A stretch of DNA of 63,668 bases, the filler included, from an uncultured archaeon (GTDB lineage: Archaea > Nanobdellota > Nanobdellia > Woesearchaeales > CAIVOO01): the NCBI GenBank assembly GCA_903842985.1. It is 8 parts of 8 records of this genome, joined end to end, with 100 filler letters (N's around TTAATTAATTAA, not from the genome) between each part and the next. Parts side by side here need not be neighbours in the genome. Positions count along the whole stretch, not along the records: positions 1 to 27,866 come from CAIMOB010000014.1; 7 more parts are not named here. One strand, given 5' to 3'. Below the pieces are notes generated by a model, which was not told where the DNA came from, made no database searches, and was given only the letters and a program-made list of their open reading frames with translations. Position numbers and translations under genes: made by a program. Every line of letters begins with the position of its first letter. The stretch's first letter is position 1. Below, piece after piece: positions 1-9,380 of the stretch.

Positions 1-2
1 TG

Positions 3-401
3 CACAATATAGTTCCCCTCGTTTATTAATGTCGATTCAAGCAGACTCTTCGCAGGAATAATCTTCTTTTTATATTCGGAAACAGTCTTACTGATCATGA
101 CTTCTTCTTCTTTTTGAGGACTTTTGGTTTTAGCGCTAGGTATCACTGACATAAGCTCGTTAAAAATTGCTAGTTCATTCTTCAGTACGCCGCTTTTTTC
201 CACCTTATCAAATCCAGCCATGAATATTGCATTCAGGAGCTTGGTACCTCTTGAATACTTGTCAGAAAGAACGCGCGAAGTTATTTCAATCTCTTCCTTT
301 GTCAGATCCTTCGATTCAAACGGATTTATAAGCGGCGCAACTGACTTGTACAAAACCTCATCAAATGTCATTCCTTTTATTTTTTCTTCATACTCTGTCA
401 T
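3..401 (-). CDS. hypothetical protein, runs off window start
   Basis: Hand translation: ATG at 401 (MTEYEEKIKG...) stays open to position 1; starts 1 nt after the stop of the 403-1935 ORF. Confidence 0.6.
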   Translation of the reverse strand, partial: MTEYEEKIKGMTFDEVLYKSVAPLINPFESKDLTKEEIEITSRVLSDKYSRGTKLLNAIFMAGFDKVEKSGVLKNELAIFNELMSVIPSAKTKSPQKEEEVMISKTVSEYKKKIIPAKSLLESTLINEGNYIV

Positions 402-402
402 T

Positions 403-1935
403 TTAGCTCTTTATCAGTTCCTCAGGTATGTAATCCGGCTTTTCCCAAATATCTTTTATTAATCTTTCAAAGACAGCAAGATCCTGGCTGAAATTCACGT
501 CAATCTTGGGTTTTTTCAGGGTCCTTCTTCTCTCCTTGAACCAGCCAAGATATCTTTCGCCGTCTATCTTTGCAGGAGTCTGCTCAAGCTTGCTGAAGTC
601 CCTTGACTTTCTTTTCATGCGGTTGATTTCCTTGAGACTGTTGCTGACCATTATTTCTATTGTGTTGTAAAGCCTTGGTTTTGATTCCTTAAGCGCAGAG
701 AAATCATGGACATCTGCGTCATTTACCTTAATATTTTCCATTATGAATGCCTTTTCGTAGCCGAGAACGAGAAGGTTTTTCAAAAGTGTGTAAATTTGCT
801 TGTCTGGCTTGATACTCCTTGGCTGCTTTTCATTGGACATTACATTGAGCAAATTCTGTGCAGGGTTTTTTTCAAGCGGGGCGCAGACAATTTTTTTCAG
901 CTTACATGCCATTTTCTTGTCTCCGTTGCTTGTTTCTTCAACCAATGAAGTAAGATATTCCTTTTCAAAGATGTTCTTCCTTTTGTCCGGGAACATTGAA
1001 ACTGTGTTGTCATTCCTGTCAAGATTTTTCGTTGGGATACATTTTCTTATAATATCATCAAGAAGCACCTTGCCCGTGAAGTTGCTGATAATTTCATTCA
1101 GCAGGTTTATGTCAAATTTTATATTTTCATTCCTGTAAATGCCGCCAAGAAGCATGTAAAAGCTTTCAACGCTATTCACAATCAGCGTGTCATGGTCCTT
1201 TTCTATCATGTCCTTAATTTTATTTAGCTGGAGCAGCTGGTTTCCTGTTGCCTCCAGCTTCATCATCTGGATAGTGCCAATAAAATCCTCAAACTTGAAA
1301 ATTCCCTCTTTTGGATTGAACAGCCTGCGGACAGATTTGTCATAGGGCTCGTTTTCCCTCCTTAAATTTGCGCGCAATGCCTGGCCTATCTTGTAAATCT
1401 TGCTTTCAATAATCAAGGAAAAAGGCTCATCTTCTTTTTTCTCTATATTATAGACTTTTCTTGCATTTTTTCTCAGAATGTCAGTTATATCCCCGCACTT
1501 CAAATCAATTAATTTGTTATAGTCTTCTTTATTCCCTGCTTCACTTATCTGCTGGAACGCAGATTCTTCTCCGCCATCATGCCAGGAGATAACGCACCCT
1601 GTAACCAAGTCATAGCCAAGCCTAAGCGCTTCACGGTACATGTTTATGCAGTGCTTGACATAGAATCCGCCTGTAATTCTTCTTAGCAGTCCATGATACT
1701 TAATCATTGAAACTTGGTCGTCTCTCAGGAATTTTTCATCTTCCTCTTCCAATGGCTTTACTGAATTTTTTGTTATATAATGAATAAGAATATCGATTGA
1801 GGTTTGATGTAGTTCTTCATCAACCAATTCAATAAATTTCTGGTCAATCTTTTCTTTTACTGCATCAGGGTCTGAACCTATCAGTATATTTGCGATAGGA
1901 TAGTCTAGATACGGCTTAAAGTCAAAATCCCCCAT
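403..1935 (-). CDS. hypothetical protein with a possible degenerate RelA/SpoT/Mesh1-type HD domain
   Basis: 510-aa ORF; YHGLLRRITGGFYVKH...ISWHDGGEE resembles H-x-G-Q-x-R-x-x-G-x-P-Y-x-x-H...L-L-H-D-x-x-E-D. Confidence 0.5.
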   Translation of the reverse strand: MGDFDFKPYLDYPIANILIGSDPDAVKEKIDQKFIELVDEELHQTSIDILIHYITKNSVKPLEEEDEKFLRDDQVSMIKYHGLLRRITGGFYVKHCINMYREALRLGYDLVTGCVISWHDGGEESAFQQISEAGNKEDYNKLIDLKCGDITDILRKNARKVYNIEKKEDEPFSLIIESKIYKIGQALRANLRRENEPYDKSVRRLFNPKEGIFKFEDFIGTIQMMKLEATGNQLLQLNKIKDMIEKDHDTLIVNSVESFYMLLGGIYRNENIKFDINLLNEIISNFTGKVLLDDIIRKCIPTKNLDRNDNTVSMFPDKRKNIFEKEYLTSLVEETSNGDKKMACKLKKIVCAPLEKNPAQNLLNVMSNEKQPRSIKPDKQIYTLLKNLLVLGYEKAFIMENIKVNDADVHDFSALKESKPRLYNTIEIMVSNSLKEINRMKRKSRDFSKLEQTPAKIDGERYLGWFKERRRTLKKPKIDVNFSQDLAVFERLIKDIWEKPDYIPEELIKS

Positions 1936-2013
1936 TTTAAACTAAAAAATCTTTAAATTAGTATATAAATCTTTCTAAAAATACCACTCTGAAGTAATTA
2001 AGTTTTAAACAAT

Positions 2014-2712
2014 CTATAGAACGATTAAAAGCTGTTTTAAGCTGTTTATCCTGCAATCAACATAGCCAAATTTCTTGTTTTTTCTCTTCAATGCCCAGTC
2101 GCCTTTCACAATCCAGACTGTTTTCATGCCAAGCTTCTTTGCCAGCTTCAAATCCACTTCTGGCTTGTCACCAACCATGACACATTCTTCTGGCTTTACT
2201 TTCAGCTTTTTGCAGACAATATTGTAGAATTTCCTGCTTGGCTTGTTCTGCCCTGTGTCATCACTTGTGAGAATTATGTCAAATGAATTGTAGATTCCGA
2301 GTTTTTTCAGCCTTGCTGTTTTTATTTCCCTTGTTCCATCTGAATCAGTGATCATCGCTTTCTTCTGTTTTATTTTTTTCAGGACAGTTTTTGTCTCAGG
2401 ATAAAGCCTTGCATATTTTAATACAGCGCGCCAGTACATCTGCGTCAGCTTCTTTATCTCGCTTTCAGTTATTTTTATCCTGTTTTTTGCAAAATACCTG
2501 AACCACAGATCCCTGTCATAGGATTTTGGATTTTTTCCAATCCCTGCAAGCGTGAAATGATAGTCAATTGCATCAAATTCCTCTGCAAACTTTTCTTTTT
2601 TGACACCATACTTCTTTTCAATGTATTTTCCAACCTCAAGATGCGTCTTTCGCTTTGTTGTCCAGAAATCCTCCAATGTGTCGTCAAAGTCAAATATGAC
2701 GCATCGTATCAT
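2014..2712 (-). CDS. HAD-superfamily hydrolase
   Basis: FDFDDTL motif I, KP motif III, MVGDKPEVD motif IV. Confidence 0.9.
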   Translation of the reverse strand: MIRCVIFDFDDTLEDFWTTKRKTHLEVGKYIEKKYGVKKEKFAEEFDAIDYHFTLAGIGKNPKSYDRDLWFRYFAKNRIKITESEIKKLTQMYWRAVLKYARLYPETKTVLKKIKQKKAMITDSDGTREIKTARLKKLGIYNSFDIILTSDDTGQNKPSRKFYNIVCKKLKVKPEECVMVGDKPEVDLKLAKKLGMKTVWIVKGDWALKRKNKKFGYVDCRINSLKQLLIVL

Positions 2713-2765
2713 TTTAACGAACCTCGTGAGTTAAAATGCCCGCAAATCGCAATTTGTGTCATTTT
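2709..2765 (-). repeat. family-A junction palindromic element, copy A1
   Basis: mRNA sense AAAATGA-CACAAATTGCGATTTGCGGG-CATTTTAACTCACGAGGTTCGTT-AAAATGA; 7-bp direct repeats 50 nt apart. Confidence 0.9.
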
Positions 2766-3367
2766 TTAATCTTTAGAAGCTCTATTTCAAACACCATTGT
2801 TTTTCCTGCAAGCGGGGAGTTCATGTCAATGAAAACAGAATCATTTGTCTTGCTGATAATCCTTAAAATCCCGCTTGTCTTGGATACAAGCTGCATGCCT
2901 ACCTGAAGTTTTGAGACGTTAACGCCCTGCTTTTCAAGGTCGCTGTTCTTCACACCGACAATCTTTTTTGGGTCGTAATTGCCGTAGCCAAGCTCAGGAG
3001 GCACGGTTACTGTCTTTTTTTCACCTTCTTTCATTCCGTAAAGCGCATCCTCAAATCCTTTTATGAATTTGCCTGTGCCGACAGTAAGGTTCAGCGGCGC
3101 ATAACTGCTTTTCTTGAGCCCGCTCTGCTCTGCAATTTCCTTTATGTTTGTGTCAACAACTGTTCCGTTGACTTTTAAGGCATAGTTGACAAGAACAGTG
3201 TCGCCCTGCTTTACTGTTCCCGGCTTTGTTTCAACAAGATAGATTGCAAGCGCAACCACAGCGATTACTATAAAAGCAATAATAAGCCTTCTGTCAAACT
3301 TCAGGACAAACTCTTCCTCTTTCTTCACTTCTTCCTTTGCCTTTTTAGGCGCTTTTTCTTTTTTCAT
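2759..3367 (-). CDS. FKBP-type peptidyl-prolyl isomerase (SlyD-like) with N-terminal membrane anchor
   Basis: GDTVLVNY, IKGFEDAL, PPELGYG, DMNSPLAGK motifs; hydrophobic helix near residues 28-45. Confidence 0.9.
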   Translation of the reverse strand: MKKEKAPKKAKEEVKKEEEFVLKFDRRLIIAFIVIAVVALAIYLVETKPGTVKQGDTVLVNYALKVNGTVVDTNIKEIAEQSGLKKSSYAPLNLTVGTGKFIKGFEDALYGMKEGEKKTVTVPPELGYGNYDPKKIVGVKNSDLEKQGVNVSKLQVGMQLVSKTSGILRIISKTNDSVFIDMNSPLAGKTMVFEIELLKIKK

Positions 3368-3585
3368 TTGTTAAGCAAATCTTCAATCGGCTTCTTTTCC
3401 TTCTTTGTCTTTTCCATTTCTTTTGTCAGGTCAACGCCCAAATCCTGCAGCGCCTTGACATGCATCTGCATCAGCTGCTCTACGATACCCAAAATCTTCA
3501 TCATTTCCTGCCTTTCCTTTGCAAGCGTGCTGAGCGCGCCTTTGTGAAATCCGACTTGTTCGTCCTTGTTCATTTCATCTGCCAT
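3364..3585 (-). CDS. small conserved archaeal hypothetical protein
   Basis: 73-aa ORF with GGTGA SD; ATGA overlap with the FKBP gene. Confidence 0.7.
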   Translation of the reverse strand: MADEMNKDEQVGFHKGALSTLAKERQEMMKILGIVEQLMQMHVKALQDLGVDLTKEMEKTKKEKKPIEDLLNK

Positions 3586-3675
3586 ATTATCACCTTTGTA
3601 ATGTGTTTTAATCCTTATTTTTAAATCTTATGGATGATAGATAAATTTATATACTATCTATATATCCTTTTGCAT

Positions 3676-5793
3676 ATGAAAAAAGGGTTGCTGGTATTTC
3701 TGGCGGTTTTACTTGCTGTTCCTGTCGTGTTTGCTGCAACTTATACTGTTTGTCCTCATCTTAGCTGCGATTATCAAACAATAACTGCTTGCTTCAATGC
3801 CATCAACAACACAGCAGACAATACCTGCAACATTAATGAATCAGGCACTTACACAATCAGCGGGGCTTACACTTACCATTTTACCACACCAACTTGGGGA
3901 CCAATTGACTTATTGACAATTTCTGCAGATAATATTATACTCAATTGCAATGGCGCAACTTTTATAGGACAAGACACGTACGAAAGATTTCACATTACTT
4001 CAGAACCTTCGAGCCGTATTAAAGACGTTACGATTAAAAACTGCAATTTCAGGCATTTCTGGAACCCAATTAATGTTGATGGTGCTGACAACCCAACAAT
4101 AATCAATAACACGTTTGAGTTCTGCGGAAAATTAGGTGATACTAGTAGTGTTGTAACTGTGTGGGGCACTAATGGCGGGATAATAGAAAGCAACACTTTT
4201 CTTAACAACATAATCCCCTCTTTTTGGTTAGCATATGGTACAAACAACACAATCATTAAAAATAATTATATGAATGGCGGGAGTAATGGATTTTCACTTT
4301 CCGATGTTACTTCAAACATACATATTATAAATAATACAATAATCGGGATGAGTGGCAACGGCATTTCCTGCGCGAGCATCACAAACACAAAAGTCACAAT
4401 TATTGATAACACAATAAAGAATACCTATAGTGCCATACAGGTCTTAAATGCCACGGTAATTGGCAATAACATGGATAATTGTTCATTGGGCATTCTCGTT
4501 TCCGGGGCAGATAGTGTCGTTAGTGACAATTATATAACCAATTCAATAGCCCCCTTGGGTATTGGGATATGGCTGATGGGGGGGGTAAATAAGAATAATA
4601 ACATAACAGGCAATACAATCATAAACGCAACAGGTTATGGGTATGGGATTTTCGTATACTCAGATTCACAAGGCAATTTTATTTCTTCAAATATAATTGA
4701 AAGAATGAGTGCAGCTGGTCTTCTTGTTCTAAGTTCAAACAACACAATAACTTCAAACACCTTCAGCTATAACGGTGGTGCTATAGGAATAACTTCTTCA
4801 GGCAATATCCTTTGGGATAACGTGCTTAATTACAACAACAACATTCAATTATATGTGCCAGAAGGCGTCAATGTCACAATCAACTCATTGACAATCGGCT
4901 CTCCTATTGAAAACTACTATGTTTCAAAGGAAAACAACACATTAAACTTGTTTAACAGCAATTCTGCAATCAAATGGAGCAATTCAACTATTGATTTAAC
5001 TGGGAACTACGGATTGAATCTCTACCTTGGCAGCAAATTTGTAAGCCTGAACTCAGCAAATCTGCCAGAGCTGAACACAAAGGCAAATGTCACAATCGCA
5101 GGCATCTCCTGCAGCGAATTCAAATTATGGCACAGTTCTGGTTTTTACAATAGTTTGGCAGATATAATGGCGAACGGTATTATTGTCGCGACGCAGGCGA
5201 ATACTGGAGGAGACTGCACTAATACTACGATTTGCAAGAATGTTCAGTGTTCAGCAAATACTTTGACATTCGAAGCCCAGCACTTTGACGGATTTGGCGG
5301 TGAAGGTACCGGCTCAACCTCAGGCAACGTCTCCATTAATCTAACATCAGAAGTCTCAATCATGGTCAAGTACAACATCGCATACGGGGAAGGCAGGGTA
5401 AATCCTGACAAGCCATCTGCTGTGCTTGATTCTTCATTGACAAACGCAACCAATGGCACATGGACATATGGCCCGCAGTACATGTATGTTGAAAACGACG
5501 GGACAGTAAACATTTCTGTTAATATAACTTCAAGCAAGAACGCGTCCGCTTTCATTGGCGGAACAAATCCTGAATTAAAAGTCAAGGGAATTGTAACAGA
5601 AGCGGATTCATGCAAAGGAACATTCAAGATAACACCTTTTGAAATTTTTACAACATCAGAGAGCATCTGCTCCCTGTTCCAATTCGGAACTTCTTTTGAC
5701 TCATTCAATGTCTCGACAAGGCTTCTGATTCCGTCTGATGCGCCGGTGGGCCACAAGGAAAGCGTGCTGACATTCACTGCAAAGAAAGTTTAA
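3676..5793 (+). CDS. secreted parallel beta-helix (NosD/CASH-like) surface protein, paralogue 1
   Basis: Signal peptide MKKGLLVFLAVLLAVPVVFA (start at 3676 matches the paralogue); I-x-x-N-T-I repeats; many N-x-S/T sequons. Confidence 0.85.
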   Translation: MKKGLLVFLAVLLAVPVVFAATYTVCPHLSCDYQTITACFNAINNTADNTCNINESGTYTISGAYTYHFTTPTWGPIDLLTISADNIILNCNGATFIGQDTYERFHITSEPSSRIKDVTIKNCNFRHFWNPINVDGADNPTIINNTFEFCGKLGDTSSVVTVWGTNGGIIESNTFLNNIIPSFWLAYGTNNTIIKNNYMNGGSNGFSLSDVTSNIHIINNTIIGMSGNGISCASITNTKVTIIDNTIKNTYSAIQVLNATVIGNNMDNCSLGILVSGADSVVSDNYITNSIAPLGIGIWLMGGVNKNNNITGNTIINATGYGYGIFVYSDSQGNFISSNIIERMSAAGLLVLSSNNTITSNTFSYNGGAIGITSSGNILWDNVLNYNNNIQLYVPEGVNVTINSLTIGSPIENYYVSKENNTLNLFNSNSAIKWSNSTIDLTGNYGLNLYLGSKFVSLNSANLPELNTKANVTIAGISCSEFKLWHSSGFYNSLADIMANGIIVATQANTGGDCTNTTICKNVQCSANTLTFEAQHFDGFGGEGTGSTSGNVSINLTSEVSIMVKYNIAYGEGRVNPDKPSAVLDSSLTNATNGTWTYGPQYMYVENDGTVNISVNITSSKNASAFIGGTNPELKVKGIVTEADSCKGTFKITPFEIFTTSESICSLFQFGTSFDSFNVSTRLLIPSDAPVGHKESVLTFTAKKV

Positions 5794-5819
5794 TAAACCC
5801 GTTCTATTTTTATTGCAGC

Positions 5820-6299
5820 ATGAAGATAAAAACAATTGAACAGATAAGGAAAATCGCAGCTGAGTTGAAAAAGCAGGGCAAGAAGATAGTCACGACAAAC
5901 GGCTGCTTTGACGTGCTTCACATAGGGCATATCAGATATTTAAAAGACGCAAAGAAGCTTGGCGATGTTCTGATAATCGGGCTTAACACAGACTCCTCTG
6001 TAAAACAGTACAAGGGCGACAAAAGGCCGCTGATGCCGGAGGACGAAAGAGCTGAGATGCTCTCTGCGCTCGAGTTCGTTGATTACATTGTAAAGTTTTC
6101 TGAGAGGGACCCGAGAAATCTGCTTGACGCGATAAAGCCGGACATCCATGTAAAGGGCGGGGACTACAAAATGGAGCAGATAATTGAAAAGGATGTTGTT
6201 GAGAAGAACGGCGGGAAGGTTGTGCTGCTTCCGCTTGTGCACGGCAAGTCCACTACAAACATAATCAACAGGATTATTGAAGTCTATGGCAACAAATGA
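5820..6299 (+). CDS. rfaE2: RfaE/HldE domain II-like (heptose-1-phosphate) adenylyltransferase
   Basis: TNGCFDVLHIGH, GLNTD, KGGDY, STT motifs. Confidence 0.85.
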   Translation: MKIKTIEQIRKIAAELKKQGKKIVTTNGCFDVLHIGHIRYLKDAKKLGDVLIIGLNTDSSVKQYKGDKRPLMPEDERAEMLSALEFVDYIVKFSERDPRNLLDAIKPDIHVKGGDYKMEQIIEKDVVEKNGGKVVLLPLVHGKSTTNIINRIIEVYGNK

Positions 6300-7149
6300 G
6301 TTTTATATCAAATCAGGAAATCTTGTTTCTGAGAGCGAATGGATAAAGATAATAGAAAGTTTAAGAACAGATGAAGTCATTGAAGACAAGCAGAAAGCAA
6401 AATTTCTGGTTAAGGAAGCTGTTATCGAAGCAGTCAGGAAAAGGACTCCAGATGAAAGATTTGGCATCCTTTTCTCAGGCGGAATTGACTCTTCGTTAAT
6501 TGCGCTAATCTGCAAACAGCTTAAGGCAGATTTTACCTGCTATACTGTTGGATTGGAAAACGCATCTGATGTTGAGCAGGCGAATAAGGTTGCGGAATTC
6601 TTTGATTTCAAATTAAAGACAAGAATTCTAAGCTTGGAAGAGGCTGAAAAAATAATAAAGAAGGCAGTTGAGACTGTCGGGCCGAATGTCGTGAAAGTCG
6701 GAGTGGCTTCTGTTGTGATTGCTGCAAAAGAAATAGCAGACGAGAATATTTTTTTCTCAGGGCTTGGCTCAGAGGAGATTTTTGCAGGCTATGAAAGGCA
6801 TACGAAAGTAAAGGATGTGAATGAGGAGTGCTGGAACGGGCTGAAGCAGATGCGGGAGAGGGACTTGACAAGGGATGTTGCAGTTGCGAAGGAATTTGGG
6901 TTTGAATTGCGAACGCCTTTCCTTGACAAGGAATTGATTAAGCTGGCGATGCAGGTGCCTGGAAAGCTGAAGCTGAACAAAGACAATAAACTGATTCTTA
7001 GGGAAGTTGCAGAAGAGATTGGATTGGGCGATTTTGCCTGGAGAAAAAAGAAAGCAGCGCAGTACGGAAGCAGGTTCGACAAGGCGATTGAGAAGCTTGC
7101 TAAAAGAGAGAAGCTAAGCAAAAGCGAATATTTGAAAACTTTAGTTTAA
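6286..7149 (+). CDS. asparagine synthetase C-terminal (ATP-pyrophosphatase) domain protein
   Basis: SGGIDSS PP-loop, GLGSEEIFAGY, RTPFLD, RKKKAAQYGS; no N-terminal glutaminase domain. Confidence 0.85.
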   Translation: MATNEFYIKSGNLVSESEWIKIIESLRTDEVIEDKQKAKFLVKEAVIEAVRKRTPDERFGILFSGGIDSSLIALICKQLKADFTCYTVGLENASDVEQANKVAEFFDFKLKTRILSLEEAEKIIKKAVETVGPNVVKVGVASVVIAAKEIADENIFFSGLGSEEIFAGYERHTKVKDVNEECWNGLKQMRERDLTRDVAVAKEFGFELRTPFLDKELIKLAMQVPGKLKLNKDNKLILREVAEEIGLGDFAWRKKKAAQYGSRFDKAIEKLAKREKLSKSEYLKTLV

Positions 7150-8232
7150 ATGTATCTCAATTATATCCCTATCTTCCAGAACATGGTCAAGCATGAATCT
7201 CTGCCCCGGGAATTTGGCTGATTTTCCCCAGACGCGTGCGAATCTGAATTTTAAGACAAACTCGCGGTGCACTCTCTCGCAGACATCCCTTATGGTGCAC
7301 CCACCATTCATTATCAGCGGCTCATTTAGGTCAGGCGCCTTGCCTACGCGTTTCATGTAGATGCTGGCAAAGTTCAGCTTCTCAAATATTTTTTCCTTCA
7401 GGAAATCAAGGTTTGTTTTGCTGTCTGCTGAGATTGGGATGCAGTCAAGCTTTTTCGCCAGGTTATTCACTTCTTCTTCTGATATCAAATCTATTTTGTT
7501 TAAGATAATAATCCCGGGGATGTAAAGCCTGTTCCCTTCAACAGCGTCAATTAGCTGGTCCTGCGTAATATCCTCCCTTATCAGCACTTCTGCGTTGTTC
7601 ACCTTCAGCTCCTTGAGCATCGCCTTTATTGTTTCTATATTTGTTTTTGTCAATTTTACAGATGATGCAACCTGCAATCCGCCTTTTGGAAGTTTTTTTA
7701 TCCTTACATCTGGCTTTTTTTCATTAAGCCGCATGTTTGAATCATAAATCTCTTTTTTAATTGCGTCAAGCTGCTTTTCAGGGTTGGGTACGTCAATCAT
7801 TATGAGCAACAAGTCAGCAATCCTTATTGTTGAAAGAACTTCTTTTCCTTTTCCTGTCCCTGCTGCAGCGCCCGCTACAAGTCCGGGGACATCAACGAGC
7901 TGTATCTTTGCGTTCCTGTACTCAATGACACCCGGAATCGCGTCAAGCGTCGTGAAAGCGTATGCAGCAACCTTTGACTTTGCGCTTGTCAGCTGGTTAA
8001 GGAGCGTTGATTTGCCCGTGGAAGGATAGCCCACAAGAATGACAGTTGCGTCGCCGGTCTTCTTCACGCCAAATCCTTTCCCCTTTCCCTTTCCAGAACC
8101 TGCCGTCTCTACCTTTTCCTTCAGCTTTGCAATCTGCGCCTTGATAAGGCCGACGTGATGCTGGGTGCGCTTGTTATAGGAAGTCTTGTTTAACTCTGCT
8201 TCAAGCTCCTGTATTCTCTGCTCTGATGCCAT
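7141..8232 (-). CDS. drg: DRG/OBG-family GTPase with TGS domain
   Basis: GYPSTGKS, YAFTT, DVPG, NKID; likely start MASEQ at 8232. Confidence 0.92.
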   Translation of the reverse strand: MASEQRIQELEAELNKTSYNKRTQHHVGLIKAQIAKLKEKVETAGSGKGKGKGFGVKKTGDATVILVGYPSTGKSTLLNQLTSAKSKVAAYAFTTLDAIPGVIEYRNAKIQLVDVPGLVAGAAAGTGKGKEVLSTIRIADLLLIMIDVPNPEKQLDAIKKEIYDSNMRLNEKKPDVRIKKLPKGGLQVASSVKLTKTNIETIKAMLKELKVNNAEVLIREDITQDQLIDAVEGNRLYIPGIIILNKIDLISEEEVNNLAKKLDCIPISADSKTNLDFLKEKIFEKLNFASIYMKRVGKAPDLNEPLIMNGGCTIRDVCERVHREFVLKFRFARVWGKSAKFPGQRFMLDHVLEDRDIIEIHLN

Positions 8233-8316
8233 TACATTAAATTTTAAATAAGCATATATAAATTTAACTGCATTGAATTTCAAAAATCTTATAAATGAAC
8301 AGATATTCGACAGCCC

Positions 8317-8814
8317 ATGCTCTCGCAAATCGCTGATGTTGCATATGATGTAATGCTTGCTGTAATAACTTTCCTTATCTTCCTCATAGTCGGCAGGTTC
8401 GTGCAGATGATTGTAGTAAGAGTGCTTCAGGAGCTCAACCTTGACTATCTGCTTGAAAAGATTGGCGTTGAATTTTCAGGAAGCAAGATTGTAGGCACAA
8501 TTGCTGCATTTTTCTTCTATTTATGGGGAGTGCTCATTGCGCTGAGCCAGCTCAGACTGGAAAAAATTGCATTTTTTGCAGCGGCAATTGCAGCAGCAGT
8601 CCTAATCCTGCTGTCAATAACCTTGGGGTTCACAGACACAATAAGGAATTTCTTAATCGGAGCCTATTTAAGGAAAAAATACGCAAATAAAAAGGAGCTT
8701 AAAATTGGAAACATAAGCGGCAGGATAATAAGTGTCGGCAGAACCAAGATAAAGATAATGACGAGCAAAAAAGAGATCTTAGAAATACCTTACAAAGCGT
8801 TAAAGCGAGACTGA
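8317..8814 (+). CDS. MscS-like small mechanosensitive-channel family membrane protein
   Basis: Three TM helices followed by NFLIG...G.I...T...IP beta domain. Confidence 0.6.
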   Translation: MLSQIADVAYDVMLAVITFLIFLIVGRFVQMIVVRVLQELNLDYLLEKIGVEFSGSKIVGTIAAFFFYLWGVLIALSQLRLEKIAFFAAAIAAAVLILLSITLGFTDTIRNFLIGAYLRKKYANKKELKIGNISGRIISVGRTKIKIMTSKKEILEIPYKALKRD

Positions 8815-9066
8815 TTCCAGCGTGGAAATCAGGTTGTAAATCTGCGTCCTTGAGAACGGCTGAAGGTTCTTGTCCTCAACAACATCTTCAAGCTTCTGCA
8901 GGATTTTATGGATTCTCATGGAAATGTCAGCATCTTCTTTGAGAACTTCAATCATCTCTTCTATCTTCAGCTTGACATTCTTCGGCACTTCGCTGTCTTC
9001 TGAAAGCTCCTTCAACGCACCCATAACTCCAATAACATTCCCCTGCTCTCTCTGCATTTTAGTCAC
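8800..9066 (-). CDS. UPF0147 family protein
   Basis: DSEVPKNVK...D.NL..FSRTQIYN..S.LES signature. Confidence 0.85.
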   Translation of the reverse strand: MTKMQREQGNVIGVMGALKELSEDSEVPKNVKLKIEEMIEVLKEDADISMRIHKILQKLEDVVEDKNLQPFSRTQIYNLISTLESVSL

Positions 9067-9380
9067 TTCTTCTCTATTGTCTTTAGAACTTCCTGTCTCA
9101 GCCTCTTGACCTTTTCCTTTGTCGCCTCTTCCTGTTTTTCTATGTTCTTGATCCTTATATCAAGCATCTGCTTCTTTTCGCTGAGCTCTTTCTCAATATC
9201 AGCTTTTCTAGCCTTTATCAGAATGTTGCCTACTATTTTGTATATCTCTTCTGTTGATTTCGCGCCTTCCTGCGCAGACTCGGTTTCCATCAGCTGCGCC
9301 TGGAATGCCTGCTTCTGCATGAGAAGTTGCTGTAAACCCTGCTCAAGAATCTGAAGCTGCTGAAGTTTTTCATTACTCAT
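9063..9380 (-). CDS. pfdB: prefoldin beta subunit
   Basis: Coiled coil with YKIVGNILIK hairpin; conserved synteny. Confidence 0.9.
   Translation of the reverse strand: MSNEKLQQLQILEQGLQQLLMQKQAFQAQLMETESAQEGAKSTEEIYKIVGNILIKARKADIEKELSEKKQMLDIRIKNIEKQEEATKEKVKRLRQEVLKTIEKK

Noticed and set aside
2709..2765. Family-A elements as BHB-spliced mRNA introns (excision would restore the ATGA overlap)
   Set aside because: I could not draw a convincing 3-4-3 bulge-helix-bulge at the boundaries; unsupported without RT-PCR
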